From positions 1 through 62,081 of the forward strand of contig JAUVAX010000012.1 in assembly GCA_030591685.1 (NCBI GenBank): a DNA stretch of 62,081 nucleotides. Reading direction: 5' to 3'. Source of the DNA: Pseudobdellovibrionaceae bacterium. Lineage in GTDB: Bacteria > Bdellovibrionota > Bdellovibrionia > Bdellovibrionales > UBA1609. Position numbers and translations under genes: made by a program. The notes under the pieces are model-generated. The model had not been told where the DNA came from, did not search any database, and worked only from the letters and a program-made list of their open reading frames with translations. This document shows, one piece after another, positions 20,411 through 29,822 of this stretch (position 1 is the first letter of the stretch; the number at the start of each line of letters is the position of its first letter).

Positions 20411-21607
20411 ATGGTTTATCGGTATATTTTATGCTTTTTTATAGTTTTCAGCCTGCTGGGCTGCCATCTTCAAACTTATCCCGTGGCTAATGCCGCCAAG
20501 GGCAGTGGTTCTGCCCCCTCAGCCTTGGGGCCTAAGCAGCTCTACAGACCCCTTTCGCCCTACAAAAAGCAACCCCCGCCAAAAGGACTTAAACTCAGCG
20601 AGACCCCCTCTCACGTTCAGAGCAAAGTTAAATCTCTTCAGGCCCAGATTAAGTCTAAGCCTGAAAGCCAAAAGGTACGGCAAAAATTAATTAAGCTTCT
20701 TTATCGCTCCAAACTCTATGAGCTAGAGATTGAAACAGGCCTCCCTTACCTAGAGGAGCTCAGCAAATCCTCAAAGTTATTTTTATCAAAAGCTCTACAA
20801 AACCGCTATCTCTACGAGCAACAGTCAAAGGTTCTGTTGTCTATTGTGGATTCAAAAAAAGAGGACTTCAGGGTATTCCACTCCCTCGGTCTAGCCCATT
20901 ACAGGCTTAGAAATGCCGAATTGGCTGTTACTTATTTAAGGTCGTCCATTGAGGAAAGTAATAACTATTACCCTTCTTATAAAACATTACTTGAGCTTTT
21001 TAGAGAAACCGAAAACAACTATGAAAGTCGTGAGCTTTTAAAAATTATGCTCCATCGCTTTAACGAACGACCCGAAATACTCGATGGACTTTGTGAACTG
21101 AACTTCAAAGACACCTATATTGAGCCCGGTATTAAGTACTGTTTAAAGGCCTACAAAAAGGGCAAAAAAGATGGGCAAAACCTAACCTACTTAGGGTTAC
21201 TTTTTAAGCTCTCTGACGACCTCAGTAAGGCTAAAAGCACACTGATAAAGGCCGCCAGGGATTTTAAAAAAAATGAATTCTCGCAGTGGGCGGCCGGACA
21301 AATGTACTTTGATGCAAAAAACTATTCAGCGGCTAAGAGGTATTTTTTAAGTGGCATTGCTGCTAACCCCAAAAAAGCCAGAAACCATCTGGGGCTCGCC
21401 GCAAGTTACTTTGCTTTAAATCAGTTTGAACCGGCTCTAGCTGAGTATATTTTATCTTGCTCACTTAACCAAGGGCTCACTAAAACGCCCTTCTTAGTGG
21501 CCGCATCAAAGGTGAGAATGGCAAAAAATTATGATTGGATAAAAAAGTATGACCGTAAATCTCACCAGTGTCGATTTTCAAGCCCGCGACAAGCGAGACC
21601 TCGTTAA
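20411..21607 (+). CDS. TPR lipoprotein (possible Tad pilotin/TadD-like)
   Basis: Lipobox LLGC, multiple TPR-like repeats, adjacent to flp. Confidence 0.65.
   Translation: MVYRYILCFFIVFSLLGCHLQTYPVANAAKGSGSAPSALGPKQLYRPLSPYKKQPPPKGLKLSETPSHVQSKVKSLQAQIKSKPESQKVRQKLIKLLYRSKLYELEIETGLPYLEELSKSSKLFLSKALQNRYLYEQQSKVLLSIVDSKKEDFRVFHSLGLAHYRLRNAELAVTYLRSSIEESNNYYPSYKTLLELFRETENNYESRELLKIMLHRFNERPEILDGLCELNFKDTYIEPGIKYCLKAYKKGKKDGQNLTYLGLLFKLSDDLSKAKSTLIKAARDFKKNEFSQWAAGQMYFDAKNYSAAKRYFLSGIAANPKKARNHLGLAASYFALNQFEPALAEYILSCSLNQGLTKTPFLVAASKVRMAKNYDWIKKYDRKSHQCRFSSPRQARPR
20416..20443 (-). promoter_or_regulatory. Putative sigma28 promoter for the pilin-like gene
   Basis: ACCGATAA -10 box on the minus strand, 5-8 nt from the ATGs at 20410/20407; weak -35. 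Confidence 0.5.
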
Positions 21608-21647
21608 ATCTTTAACTGCCCCCCCTCGGGCCTGCGTTTTTTTTGCA

Positions 21648-21660
21648 TCTCAAAATGAGA
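21648..21660. promoter_or_regulatory. Palindromic operator TCTCA-AAA-TGAGA
   Basis: Dyad upstream of flp; the identical 13-mer recurs (reverse strand) at 50227-50239. Confidence 0.6.
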
Positions 21661-21806
21661 CGCTTTCAACGTATAGTTTTGCTCTGTCCGTTTTTTACAT
21701 ATATAATTGATCGTAGGGGCGACATTGTCTCACTTTAAGTCACTAAGCGGTCTTAAGTCTTCTTTTGAAATTTTTTTAACTGAAAATTCAATTAAGGCTG
21801 AGTTGC

Positions 21807-21834
21807 TAATGTTGCAAAAATGTAAAACCGATAA
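21807..21834 (+). promoter_or_regulatory. Putative sigma28 promoter of flp
   Basis: TAATG-15nt-ACCGATAA, 35 nt before the flp ATG. Confidence 0.65.
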
Positions 21835-21869
21835 GCTCTCAGTGAATATGCAAAACAGGAGAAAGCAAT

Positions 21870-22058
21870 ATGAAAAAAATTAAAAATACCATCAGTCGCC
21901 TCATAAAAGATGAATCTGGACAGGGCGCTACTGAGTACATTTTACTTCTTGTCGTCGTTGTGGGCCTCGTTGTTGCCTTTGGACCAAAAATTAAAGGCCT
22001 TGTTGAGGGTAAACTTAATGAAGTCTCGAGCTTATTTGGCGAGGTCACTGGTAAATAA
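21870..22058 (+). CDS. flp: Flp family type IVb pilin
   Basis: DESGQGATEYILL Flp motif, 62 aa, AGGAG RBS. Confidence 0.93.
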   Translation: MKKIKNTISRLIKDESGQGATEYILLLVVVVGLVVAFGPKIKGLVEGKLNEVSSLFGEVTGK

Positions 22059-22082
22059 ACGAAAATCCATAGGCTTTAAATT

Positions 22083-22280
22083 ATGATGACAACAGAAATG
22101 GTTCTTTTGCTTGCGGTATATGCCTTTGTGCTCTTAGGTGTGTTTTTAGGCCCTGGTGGGCCAGTGAACACCTATAAAACAGCCGCCCCTAATTTGGCCG
22201 GACATATTGAAAGAAACATTTCTACCGGGCGGGGGTTCACTGACAAACAAGGCGCTCACCCCATTGACTGGATAAAATAA
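22083..22280 (+). CDS. Minor pilin-like protein
   Basis: Glu at position 5 followed by a hydrophobic helix; located between flp and the prepilin peptidase. Confidence 0.6.
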   Translation: MMTTEMVLLLAVYAFVLLGVFLGPGGPVNTYKTAAPNLAGHIERNISTGRGFTDKQGAHPIDWIK

Positions 22281-22364
22281 ACAGGTTTTTAGTCGAGCTA
22301 CAGTTACCATGTGTATGTAAGTTCGTATTATAATATTTGTTTAAAACCAAGGTAGGTTTATAAC

Positions 22365-22886
22365 GTGTTTTTTGAAACTCAAGCCTCATGGCTTTATTTA
22401 ATTGCACCCAGTGCCGTTTTAATTGCGGGCCTTATTGATGACCTTCGATCAAAAAAAATTCATAATAAATTAGTTATTTTGCTTCTTGCGCTTGCTGCGA
22501 TTTATCAATTTGTAGTTTTTGGTCAACCCGGCCTTGTTAATGGGCTTATGGCGAGTGGCTTTGCTTTGCTGATTTTTTTACCCATGGTGCTTTCACGAAT
22601 GCTCGGCGCCGGGGATATGAAACTCATGCTCGCTTTTGGTATGAGCACCCTGTGGATCAATGTTTTATGGACCAGTGTTTATGCCATTATTTGGGGCGCT
22701 GTTTTTGGAATACTCCATGCTCTGTTACAAAAAAAATTCAAGCACTTGTTTTTTAACACCATCAATTTAGTCGCCTCAAAGGGCAAGGTCTCCTCTGAAA
22801 CACAAAAAATCCCCTTTACCGTCCCTCTTTTACTCGGCTGGATCCATCAAATTATAGCCTCCTCTACAAATGGGGGGTTGTGGTGA
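22365..22886 (+). CDS. cpaA: A24 prepilin peptidase (CpaA/TadV)
   Basis: DDLRSKKIHN and GAGDMKL aspartate motifs, IPF near the C-terminus. Confidence 0.92.
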   Translation: MFFETQASWLYLIAPSAVLIAGLIDDLRSKKIHNKLVILLLALAAIYQFVVFGQPGLVNGLMASGFALLIFLPMVLSRMLGAGDMKLMLAFGMSTLWINVLWTSVYAIIWGAVFGILHALLQKKFKHLFFNTINLVASKGKVSSETQKIPFTVPLLLGWIHQIIASSTNGGLW

Positions 22887-23143
22887 ATAAACTCAACTCT
22901 CATCGAGGGCAAATGGCCGTTGAGGCGGTTTTAATTTTAACGCTGCTTTTAGGTGTTTCAGTTATGGTTTCTAATTATTTTAAAAGCGAGGAACTTTTAA
23001 TTCGTTTTATACAGAACCCCTGGGGAAAGGTCTCTGGGCTCATTCAAAACGGCCAGTTTTTGCCGCCAGAGGACTCTTTACACTTACATCCAAATAACCG
23101 TGACACACGTTTCTTGTCAGTCATAGGGGAGGACCCTAAATGA
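22880..23143 (+). CDS. Minor pilin (TadE-like)
   Basis: RGQMAVEAVLIL prepilin motif. Confidence 0.75.
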   Translation: MVNKLNSHRGQMAVEAVLILTLLLGVSVMVSNYFKSEELLIRFIQNPWGKVSGLIQNGQFLPPEDSLHLHPNNRDTRFLSVIGEDPK

Positions 23144-23775
23144 GTTTACGCAATAACCGAGGGTTTTTAGCTGCTGATTTTATTTTCTCTATGATTTTAG
23201 TTATGGGGTTTGGCTCTATATTATTTGCGGTCTCTCTAACGCTAACAACTGTTGAAATCACTCAGTACATTGCCTTTTCAACAGCAAGAACTTTTTTTGC
23301 AGGGCATATAAACTCCGAGACTCAAGGTGAAATCGCGATTCAGAAGTACGTCTCTCTTGTTGAAAGCGATGCTTTTGGACCTCTTCTTCATAGCTCTTGG
23401 TTTGATGCCCCCCCCCTCGGCCCGTCGGGAATGGGAGATCATACAACCTCTGGCAAGCACAATTTAAGTCATGGGGCTACTTATAGCCCCTCAAGTAGCG
23501 GCTTAAATATGTTTTATGGAATTTCGGTAAACTTGCTTATGCCCTTGATGGCTTTAAACGTCCCCTTTTTTGGCCCAACAAGTAGAAATTTGGATGAGCC
23601 TAGTGGTGGCTTTAGTTCTGTTTTAACGGCCTTTTTGGGGCGTGAGATCACTCAAAAAAAATGTTCTGAATTTGTACGCGATCGCCTTTCACGTATTTTA
23701 ACTCTTCATAGCAGTTATAACACCGCCTCAAGTGGGTCTACAAATTACACGCCGGTGGTGGACAATGGCTGTTAG
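23140..23775 (+). CDS. Pseudopilin (TadE/F-like)
   Basis: NRGFLAADFIF prepilin-like N-terminus, C-terminal Cys pair. Confidence 0.7.
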   Translation: MSLRNNRGFLAADFIFSMILVMGFGSILFAVSLTLTTVEITQYIAFSTARTFFAGHINSETQGEIAIQKYVSLVESDAFGPLLHSSWFDAPPLGPSGMGDHTTSGKHNLSHGATYSPSSSGLNMFYGISVNLLMPLMALNVPFFGPTSRNLDEPSGGFSSVLTAFLGREITQKKCSEFVRDRLSRILTLHSSYNTASSGSTNYTPVVDNGC

Positions 23776-24262
23776 AACCACTATTTTGGCCCCTATCAAA
23801 ACCCCAAAGGCTAAAAATAATAAGGGCATGGCCACTTTAGAGAGCCTGCCTTTACTCGTCATCTTTGTTATTCTCACAAGCTACACCATGGGTTTTTTTG
23901 GAGTTATACACACGGCTATACTACACAGTATAGCCGCCAGAACTTACGCCCTTGAAACCTTTAGAAATCGCTCTGATTTAACTTTCTTTAGGCATGATGG
24001 TAATGAGCCTCCAAAACAGTTTCAAACAAAAGGCTTTCGACTGCATACTATTGTTGAGCGCTCTGCTGGCGAATCTGTGTTTCCTGCCACAAAACGAGAC
24101 ATTGTCTTTGGGCGACCCCTGCCCCAGGTAAACCATAACAAGCCTAACGTTCATAATGAAAAAATTCATGATATCAAACCGAGAAACCGATTAGGCGTTA
24201 ATCCCGTGTGGATCATGGTGTCTTATGGCATCTGCATAAATGCAACCTGTGGCGATAATTAA
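23765..24262 (+). CDS. Pseudopilin (TadE-like)
   Basis: KGMATLESLPLL motif; ATG at 23765 overlaps the upstream gene end; C-terminal CINATC. Confidence 0.7.
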   Translation: MAVRTTILAPIKTPKAKNNKGMATLESLPLLVIFVILTSYTMGFFGVIHTAILHSIAARTYALETFRNRSDLTFFRHDGNEPPKQFQTKGFRLHTIVERSAGESVFPATKRDIVFGRPLPQVNHNKPNVHNEKIHDIKPRNRLGVNPVWIMVSYGICINATCGDN

Positions 24263-24273
24263 GGAGTCCAGTA

Positions 24274-25089
24274 GTGAACCCCAATGAGACACGTACATTA
24301 TGGATTTCAGTTTTTGCAGCTCTTTTTGCTGTATTTTTACTTTATAGCTATACCCAAGAAAAATCAGATCAACTTACCCGAGATTTTGGCACCATGAGTA
24401 ATGTTGTTGTTGCCGTTAAGGACATTAATGAAATGCAGTCCATTGATGAGACCATGCTCCGCATTGAGGAGAGACCAAGTACCTTTGTCCACGTAGATGC
24501 GCTCAATAACCCCGAACTGGCTGTGGGAAAGGTCGCTCTCGCTCCTATTAAAAAAAATGAGGTCTTATTACAATCAAAAATGCTACTCCCGGGCCCCGTA
24601 ACGGGCCTCTCACTGCAAGTAAATCCCGGCAAAAGAGCCGTCACCATACCCATTGACGAAATGCGAGGGGTGGGCAAGCTCATTAAACCTGGGGACAGAG
24701 TTGATATTGTCGGCGCTCTCACTGTTGGCTCTGGTGTTAACCAAAAAAAGGAAGTTCGCACTCTCTTACAAGACATCCCTATTTTAGCAACAGGGGTGCG
24801 TATTGCTAACGAATTACCACGACTCGTTGAACCCAGTGGTAAAAACTTAATTATTAAAAACTTAAGGTCTGACACCAATTTTAACAACGTCACTGTTGAG
24901 GTTTCACCAAAGCAAGCACAGAGTTTGATTTACATTTTATCAACCTCTCCAGGGTCATTATTTTTAACCCTAAGACACCCCAGTGACGTCGGGCCAAAGG
25001 CCAATTTACCAACTACGACTGTAGAGTCTTTGAGGGGTAACTTTAGAAGTGCCTCCACCTATAAGAAAACAAAGAAAAGAAGAAGGTGA
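24274..25089 (+). CDS. cpaB: Flp pilus assembly protein CpaB/RcpC
   Basis: SAF domain, PGKRAVTIP, GVGKLIKPGDRVDI, LTLR motifs. Confidence 0.92.
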   Translation: MNPNETRTLWISVFAALFAVFLLYSYTQEKSDQLTRDFGTMSNVVVAVKDINEMQSIDETMLRIEERPSTFVHVDALNNPELAVGKVALAPIKKNEVLLQSKMLLPGPVTGLSLQVNPGKRAVTIPIDEMRGVGKLIKPGDRVDIVGALTVGSGVNQKKEVRTLLQDIPILATGVRIANELPRLVEPSGKNLIIKNLRSDTNFNNVTVEVSPKQAQSLIYILSTSPGSLFLTLRHPSDVGPKANLPTTTVESLRGNFRSASTYKKTKKRRR

Positions 25090-25095
25090 CCACTT

Positions 25096-26583
25096 GTGAA
25101 AACTCTTTTTAAAAACTTTATTTTTGCCTTTGTTTTTGCCTCGTTTGTCGCTCCAACGGTGCTTTTGGCAAAAAGGAGAAATCACCCTTACAAGTATATC
25201 TCCCTCTATGTCGGGGTTTATCACGATGAAAAAATACCCGGAGCACCTGGTAAAATTAGTAAATCAGGGACCTTTTCAAAGTATACAAAAATTAACTATT
25301 CTTCTTCTCGAAAAAACTTACGGTTTTACCCCACTAAGCCAGGGCTTGTTACGCTTTTTATAAAGTCCCCAAGCTCAGGAAAAATACTTTATGAGTTTCG
25401 ACTCGAAATACAAAAAACACGACTCAACAAAGTGGCCAAAGAAATTCGTGAACTTATACGTGGGGTTGATGGCATTACAATAAAAATTATCAACTCAAAG
25501 GTTATTGTTGATGGTCAAATTTTATTGCCCCGAGATATGGCTCGAATTCACAATGTAGTTCGACAGTATGGTGATTTAGCTTCGTCACTTGTGACCCTCA
25601 GCCCCTTGGCTCAAAGAAAAATTGCCCAACTCATTGAGCGCGACATCAATAATCCAGAAGTCACAGTACGAGCCATTAACAATAAGTTTATCCTTGAAGG
25701 GACCGTTGACAGCTCTTTACAAAGAGATCAGGCTCAAACTATTGCAGAGGCCTATGTCCCTGACGTTATTATCAACCAAGCCGTTGCCGAAAAAAAGGTC
25801 CTCGCCAAAAGGTCAAAGCCCGTTATAAATTTAATTATTATTCGTGAGGCCAAGGCCGCGGGACCTAAAAAAATAATACAAATGGTCATACATTATGTAG
25901 AGCTTCAAAAGGACTACGGAAAGAGTTTTCGTTTTCAATGGACCCCAGACCTTGGTGATGGTTCAGCTGTTTCTTTTAGCACCGGGAGTCGTGGCGCGGC
26001 CGGAGTGGTCTCCTCAATTACAGGGACCATCTCAAATTTACTTCCTAAGTTAAATTGGGCTAAGGAGCACGGTCACGCTCGCATTTTACAATCCTCAAGT
26101 ATTCTTGTTGAAGATGGTCAGCTTGGTAACGTTAACTCAGTTCAAAAGGTTCCCTATAGAAATATCACAAAAGAAGGTCTAGCCTCTACTAGCTTTGAAG
26201 AAACTGGTATCAGAGCCTCTATTACACCGCAAATTATTGGGGACCGCTCTGATTCAGTAAAACTAAAAATGAACTTCTCGGTAAAGGCTTTAATTGGGAT
26301 CACCCCTGCGGGGCCCCTCACCTCTCAGAGGGAAATTCAGTCAGTTATCGTTGTGCGAAGTGGGCAAAGTGCAGCTGTTGGGGGGCTCATCTCTAGTGAA
26401 AAAGGGACCAGTTACAATAAATTACCCACAAACGTCAGCTCAAACCCTTTGTTCTCGTTATACTCATCAAAAACATTTAGAAACAACAAGAGTCAGTTTG
26501 TTGTCTTTGTCACCCCATTGATTAAGAGTTCTGCCAGCGAGGGTTCTGATAAAATTAAGCGAAAATTCAGGCTCCGCAAATAA
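25096..26583 (+). CDS. Tad secretin (CpaC/RcpA-like) with BON-like domains
   Basis: Signal peptide, BON-like repeats, secretin core ending SGQSAAVGGL...FVVFVTP. Confidence 0.85.
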   Translation: MKTLFKNFIFAFVFASFVAPTVLLAKRRNHPYKYISLYVGVYHDEKIPGAPGKISKSGTFSKYTKINYSSSRKNLRFYPTKPGLVTLFIKSPSSGKILYEFRLEIQKTRLNKVAKEIRELIRGVDGITIKIINSKVIVDGQILLPRDMARIHNVVRQYGDLASSLVTLSPLAQRKIAQLIERDINNPEVTVRAINNKFILEGTVDSSLQRDQAQTIAEAYVPDVIINQAVAEKKVLAKRSKPVINLIIIREAKAAGPKKIIQMVIHYVELQKDYGKSFRFQWTPDLGDGSAVSFSTGSRGAAGVVSSITGTISNLLPKLNWAKEHGHARILQSSSILVEDGQLGNVNSVQKVPYRNITKEGLASTSFEETGIRASITPQIIGDRSDSVKLKMNFSVKALIGITPAGPLTSQREIQSVIVVRSGQSAAVGGLISSEKGTSYNKLPTNVSSNPLFSLYSSKTFRNNKSQFVVFVTPLIKSSASEGSDKIKRKFRLRK

Positions 26584-26592
26584 AATCTAGAC

Positions 26593-26620
26593 TTACATAT
26601 TAAGACCATAAACCCGATAA
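26593..26620 (+). promoter_or_regulatory. Putative sigma28 promoter of tadZA-tadB and downstream genes
   Basis: TTACA-15nt-CCCGATAA in the 82 nt intergenic gap. Confidence 0.6.
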
Positions 26621-26665
26621 CTTAGAGAGACGTTTTAAGGTTTTTTTAATCTATGAGGTGTTAAT

Positions 26666-28921
26666 TTGGCGATTCATAAAAACTGTCATGTTATTGGTAT
26701 CACTGGCGGCAAGGGCGGGGTTGGTAAAAGTGTTTTTGCCGCTAACTTAGCCTGTGCGCTGATGAACGAAATGAGGGCACGCGTCTTGCTTGTTGACTTG
26801 GACTCTCGCAGCGCTGGGGATCAAAATATAATTACTGGTATTCGACCTCAAAAGACCGTCTCTGACCTAGTGCAGTTTTCCGGAGGCTTAAATCAACAGG
26901 CTCTAGGCACTATGTTAAATCGTCACCCCTCAGGCTTACAATATTTAGCGGCAGTGTTAAGCCCTGACCAAACTCTCATAGCAAAGCCTGAGGTTTTTAA
27001 AAAACAGCTTGGACTCATCAGCTCACATTTTCAGTACATCATCATTGACCTAGGCAATGACATCGGCGCCCTACAAATGGCCGCTATGGAGGATGCGAGC
27101 TCAGTACTTATCGTAACAACCCCTGAGGTGCTCGTTGTTAACCAAACAAAAAAACTACTCAATGAGCTTTATGCTGCCACCTTCCCTGCTGACATGTTTC
27201 AAATCGTAGTTAATAAGACCTCTAAATCAGGGATCGCCCCACAAGTTATTGGACAAAACCTCAGAAGGCCCATTATTGGGTCTATTCCACAAGATGATGT
27301 GACCACAATGACCGCTTTACAAAGAGCGACGCCTTTTATTTTATCACCACAAAAAAATCAGCTTTCTGCGGCTTACAGCAATGTTGTACGAAACCTAACT
27401 GGTGGTATTTTACAAAAACTAAAAGCGCTCTCAAGGCCTACCGGCACTCAACCGTTACAAAAAGGCGACACCCAAGCCCTAAGTGGTCAAGCCAATGCCT
27501 CCACCTCAATGAAAGCAAAAGGGGGCAAGGAACTTAATGCTAAAACCCTTTTAAAAATTCAGATTCATAAAGAACTCATTAATAAAATGGATTTAAAAAA
27601 AGACCTCTCAAACTCTGAAGGAGACCCCAACAAAGAGGCGCAGTTGCGCCAAAAAACTCTTCAAACCATCACTCAAATCATCGACAAATACGGCAAGGGG
27701 CTTGCTCGTGATGAGCGGTCACAAATTATAAAACAAGTTCTGGATGAATCCCTCGGGCTTGGCGCCCTTGAAGAGCTCCTGGCAGACCCCTCGGTTACTG
27801 AAATCATGGTTAACGGATGTGAAAAAGTCTTTGTTGAAAAAAGCGGAAAACTACAACTGAGTAACGTTGATTTTACCTCCAACCTACAGCTTGAAAATAT
27901 AATAAGCCGTATTATCAGCCCCCTCGGTCGACAAATAAGTAAAAAAACACCCTACGTAGATGCGCGCCTCGCTGATGGCAGCAGGGTAAATGCAATTATT
28001 GAACCTTTAAGCATTGACGGCCCCGCTATTACAATTAGAAAGTTTGCTAAAGAGCGCGTCACCGCTGAGCACTATATAAAATGGGGATCTATAACAAGAC
28101 CTATGATTGATTTTTTACGCATATGTGTTGAGCAGGGCTTAAATTTAATAATTTCTGGCGGCACGGGGACTGGTAAAACAACTCTTTTAAATGTCTTATC
28201 AAGCTATATCCCCTCTACAGACCGCATTATCACTGTAGAGGACGCCGCCGAGCTACAGCTTAATCAAGAGCATGTTGTGCGACTTGAAACTAAACCTGCC
28301 AACACTGAAGACTCCTCTGAAATTACGATTCGAGATTTAATTAAAAACTCTCTACGTATGAGACCTGACCGTATTATTGTGGGTGAGTGTCGCGACGGGG
28401 CCGCTCTCGATATGCTAACAGCCATGAATACGGGCCACGATGGGTCTATGACAACGGTTCACTCTAACTCTCCAAGAGAAGCCATCGCGCGTATTGAGAC
28501 CCTTTGCCTAATGGCAGGCATGAGCCTGCCCGTTAAAGCTATTCGAGATCAAATTGCAGGCGCCGTCCATTTAATCATTCAAATTAGTCGCTTGAGCGAT
28601 GGCTCTCGTAAAGTGACGAACATAACTGAAGTCGTCGGAATGCAGGGCGACACCGTAACTCTCCAGGAGATTTTTGCCTATAAAGAAACTGGGTTTGATA
28701 AAAACAGAAAAATCATTGGACAGTTTCAAGCCAAAGGCCTCATACCCACATTTATTGAGCGCTTTGAGCAAAGGGGGGTTGTAATCCCTAAAAAACTTTT
28801 TACTGGAGGCGATGTCAGCCCCGCATCTGACAATGAAAACAAAAATACTCCCCAAAGAGCCCCTGTGCGCGCCATGCCTCGAAGGAATAGCCCGGCGAAA
28901 AAAGCGAGCGGTGAGGATTAA
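26666..28921 (+). CDS. tadA: Fused TadZ/CpaE (MinD-like) and TadA/CpaF pilus ATPase
   Basis: N-terminal GGKGGVGKS deviant Walker A; C-terminal GGTGTGKT, EDAAEL, LRMRPDRIIVGE, NTGHDG. Confidence 0.95.
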   Translation: MAIHKNCHVIGITGGKGGVGKSVFAANLACALMNEMRARVLLVDLDSRSAGDQNIITGIRPQKTVSDLVQFSGGLNQQALGTMLNRHPSGLQYLAAVLSPDQTLIAKPEVFKKQLGLISSHFQYIIIDLGNDIGALQMAAMEDASSVLIVTTPEVLVVNQTKKLLNELYAATFPADMFQIVVNKTSKSGIAPQVIGQNLRRPIIGSIPQDDVTTMTALQRATPFILSPQKNQLSAAYSNVVRNLTGGILQKLKALSRPTGTQPLQKGDTQALSGQANASTSMKAKGGKELNAKTLLKIQIHKELINKMDLKKDLSNSEGDPNKEAQLRQKTLQTITQIIDKYGKGLARDERSQIIKQVLDESLGLGALEELLADPSVTEIMVNGCEKVFVEKSGKLQLSNVDFTSNLQLENIISRIISPLGRQISKKTPYVDARLADGSRVNAIIEPLSIDGPAITIRKFAKERVTAEHYIKWGSITRPMIDFLRICVEQGLNLIISGGTGTGKTTLLNVLSSYIPSTDRIITVEDAAELQLNQEHVVRLETKPANTEDSSEITIRDLIKNSLRMRPDRIIVGECRDGAALDMLTAMNTGHDGSMTTVHSNSPREAIARIETLCLMAGMSLPVKAIRDQIAGAVHLIIQISRLSDGSRKVTNITEVVGMQGDTVTLQEIFAYKETGFDKNRKIIGQFQAKGLIPTFIERFEQRGVVIPKKLFTGGDVSPASDNENKNTPQRAPVRAMPRRNSPAKKASGED

Positions 28922-28923
28922 AA

Positions 28924-29802
28924 ATGAGCGCACTCTTTCAAAATGATTTGATTTTATTTATAGTGTTTGGGGTTTGTATTTTTACAGTGTCCTATTTATG
29001 GTCTGACAAAATAATTAGTTTTTTATACGACAAAAGCTTAGGGTCCAGGCAAGAGGTCATTGAGCTTATGGATAAAATGTTTATCGAAACTGATAAGCAA
29101 AAAATTACTTTAACTCTTTTACTTTTAAGCTTTGGGCTGGGAGCAATTGTTTTTTTATTGTTCTGGCCTAACGTTGTTATTGGTCTCATTATTGGATCTG
29201 GGGTTACAATTGTTGGCTGGTCTATACCAAAAATTATTATGCGCTCCTTATGGGAAAAGCGCTGCCATAGAATTGTAGCTCAAATGGTGGATGGCATGAC
29301 TATTATGTCAAACGGGTTAAAGTCAGGGTTAAGTCTACAGCAATCCCTTGATCGTGTAACAGAAAACTTAACAGGCCCCCTTGCTCAGGAATTCCAACTT
29401 ATGCTTAATAAAATTCGCCTGGGGATGTCCCTTGAAGACTCTATGATTGGGTTTGCTGAGAGAATCCCAATGCCGGACGTACAAATGTTTGTCAGTGCCG
29501 TCAGCGTACTAGAAAGCACTGGGGGTAATTTGTTTGAAACGTTTTCAACTATTTCTTACACCATTCGTGAGAGACAAAAAATTCATAAAAAAATTGAAGC
29601 CATGACCGCCTCTGCAATCACCCAGGGCATTATCATCACATGTGTGCCCTTTGTTATTTTAGTTGTTTTTACGGTGATGGACCCCAATTACATAAAGCCT
29701 CTATTTACCACTGCTTTAGGCTGGTTTGCCCTAGGTTTAATGCTGGTACTACAGCTCATCGGTGGCGTTGTTATGAGAAAAATTGTTACAATAAAAGTAT
29801 AA
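28924..29802 (+). CDS. tadB: TadB (T2SS F-family) platform protein
   Basis: GLKSGLSLQQS, GPLAQEF, TGGNL, IRER motifs. Confidence 0.92.
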   Translation: MSALFQNDLILFIVFGVCIFTVSYLWSDKIISFLYDKSLGSRQEVIELMDKMFIETDKQKITLTLLLLSFGLGAIVFLLFWPNVVIGLIIGSGVTIVGWSIPKIIMRSLWEKRCHRIVAQMVDGMTIMSNGLKSGLSLQQSLDRVTENLTGPLAQEFQLMLNKIRLGMSLEDSMIGFAERIPMPDVQMFVSAVSVLESTGGNLFETFSTISYTIRERQKIHKKIEAMTASAITQGIIITCVPFVILVVFTVMDPNYIKPLFTTALGWFALGLMLVLQLIGGVVMRKIVTIKV

Positions 29803-29822
29803 ACTTGAGAGGACCCCAGCAA

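Noticed and set aside
29640..29822. 61 aa N-terminal extension of the YD-repeat ORF
   Set aside because: Overlaps tadB; the RBS and signal peptide point to ATG 29823.
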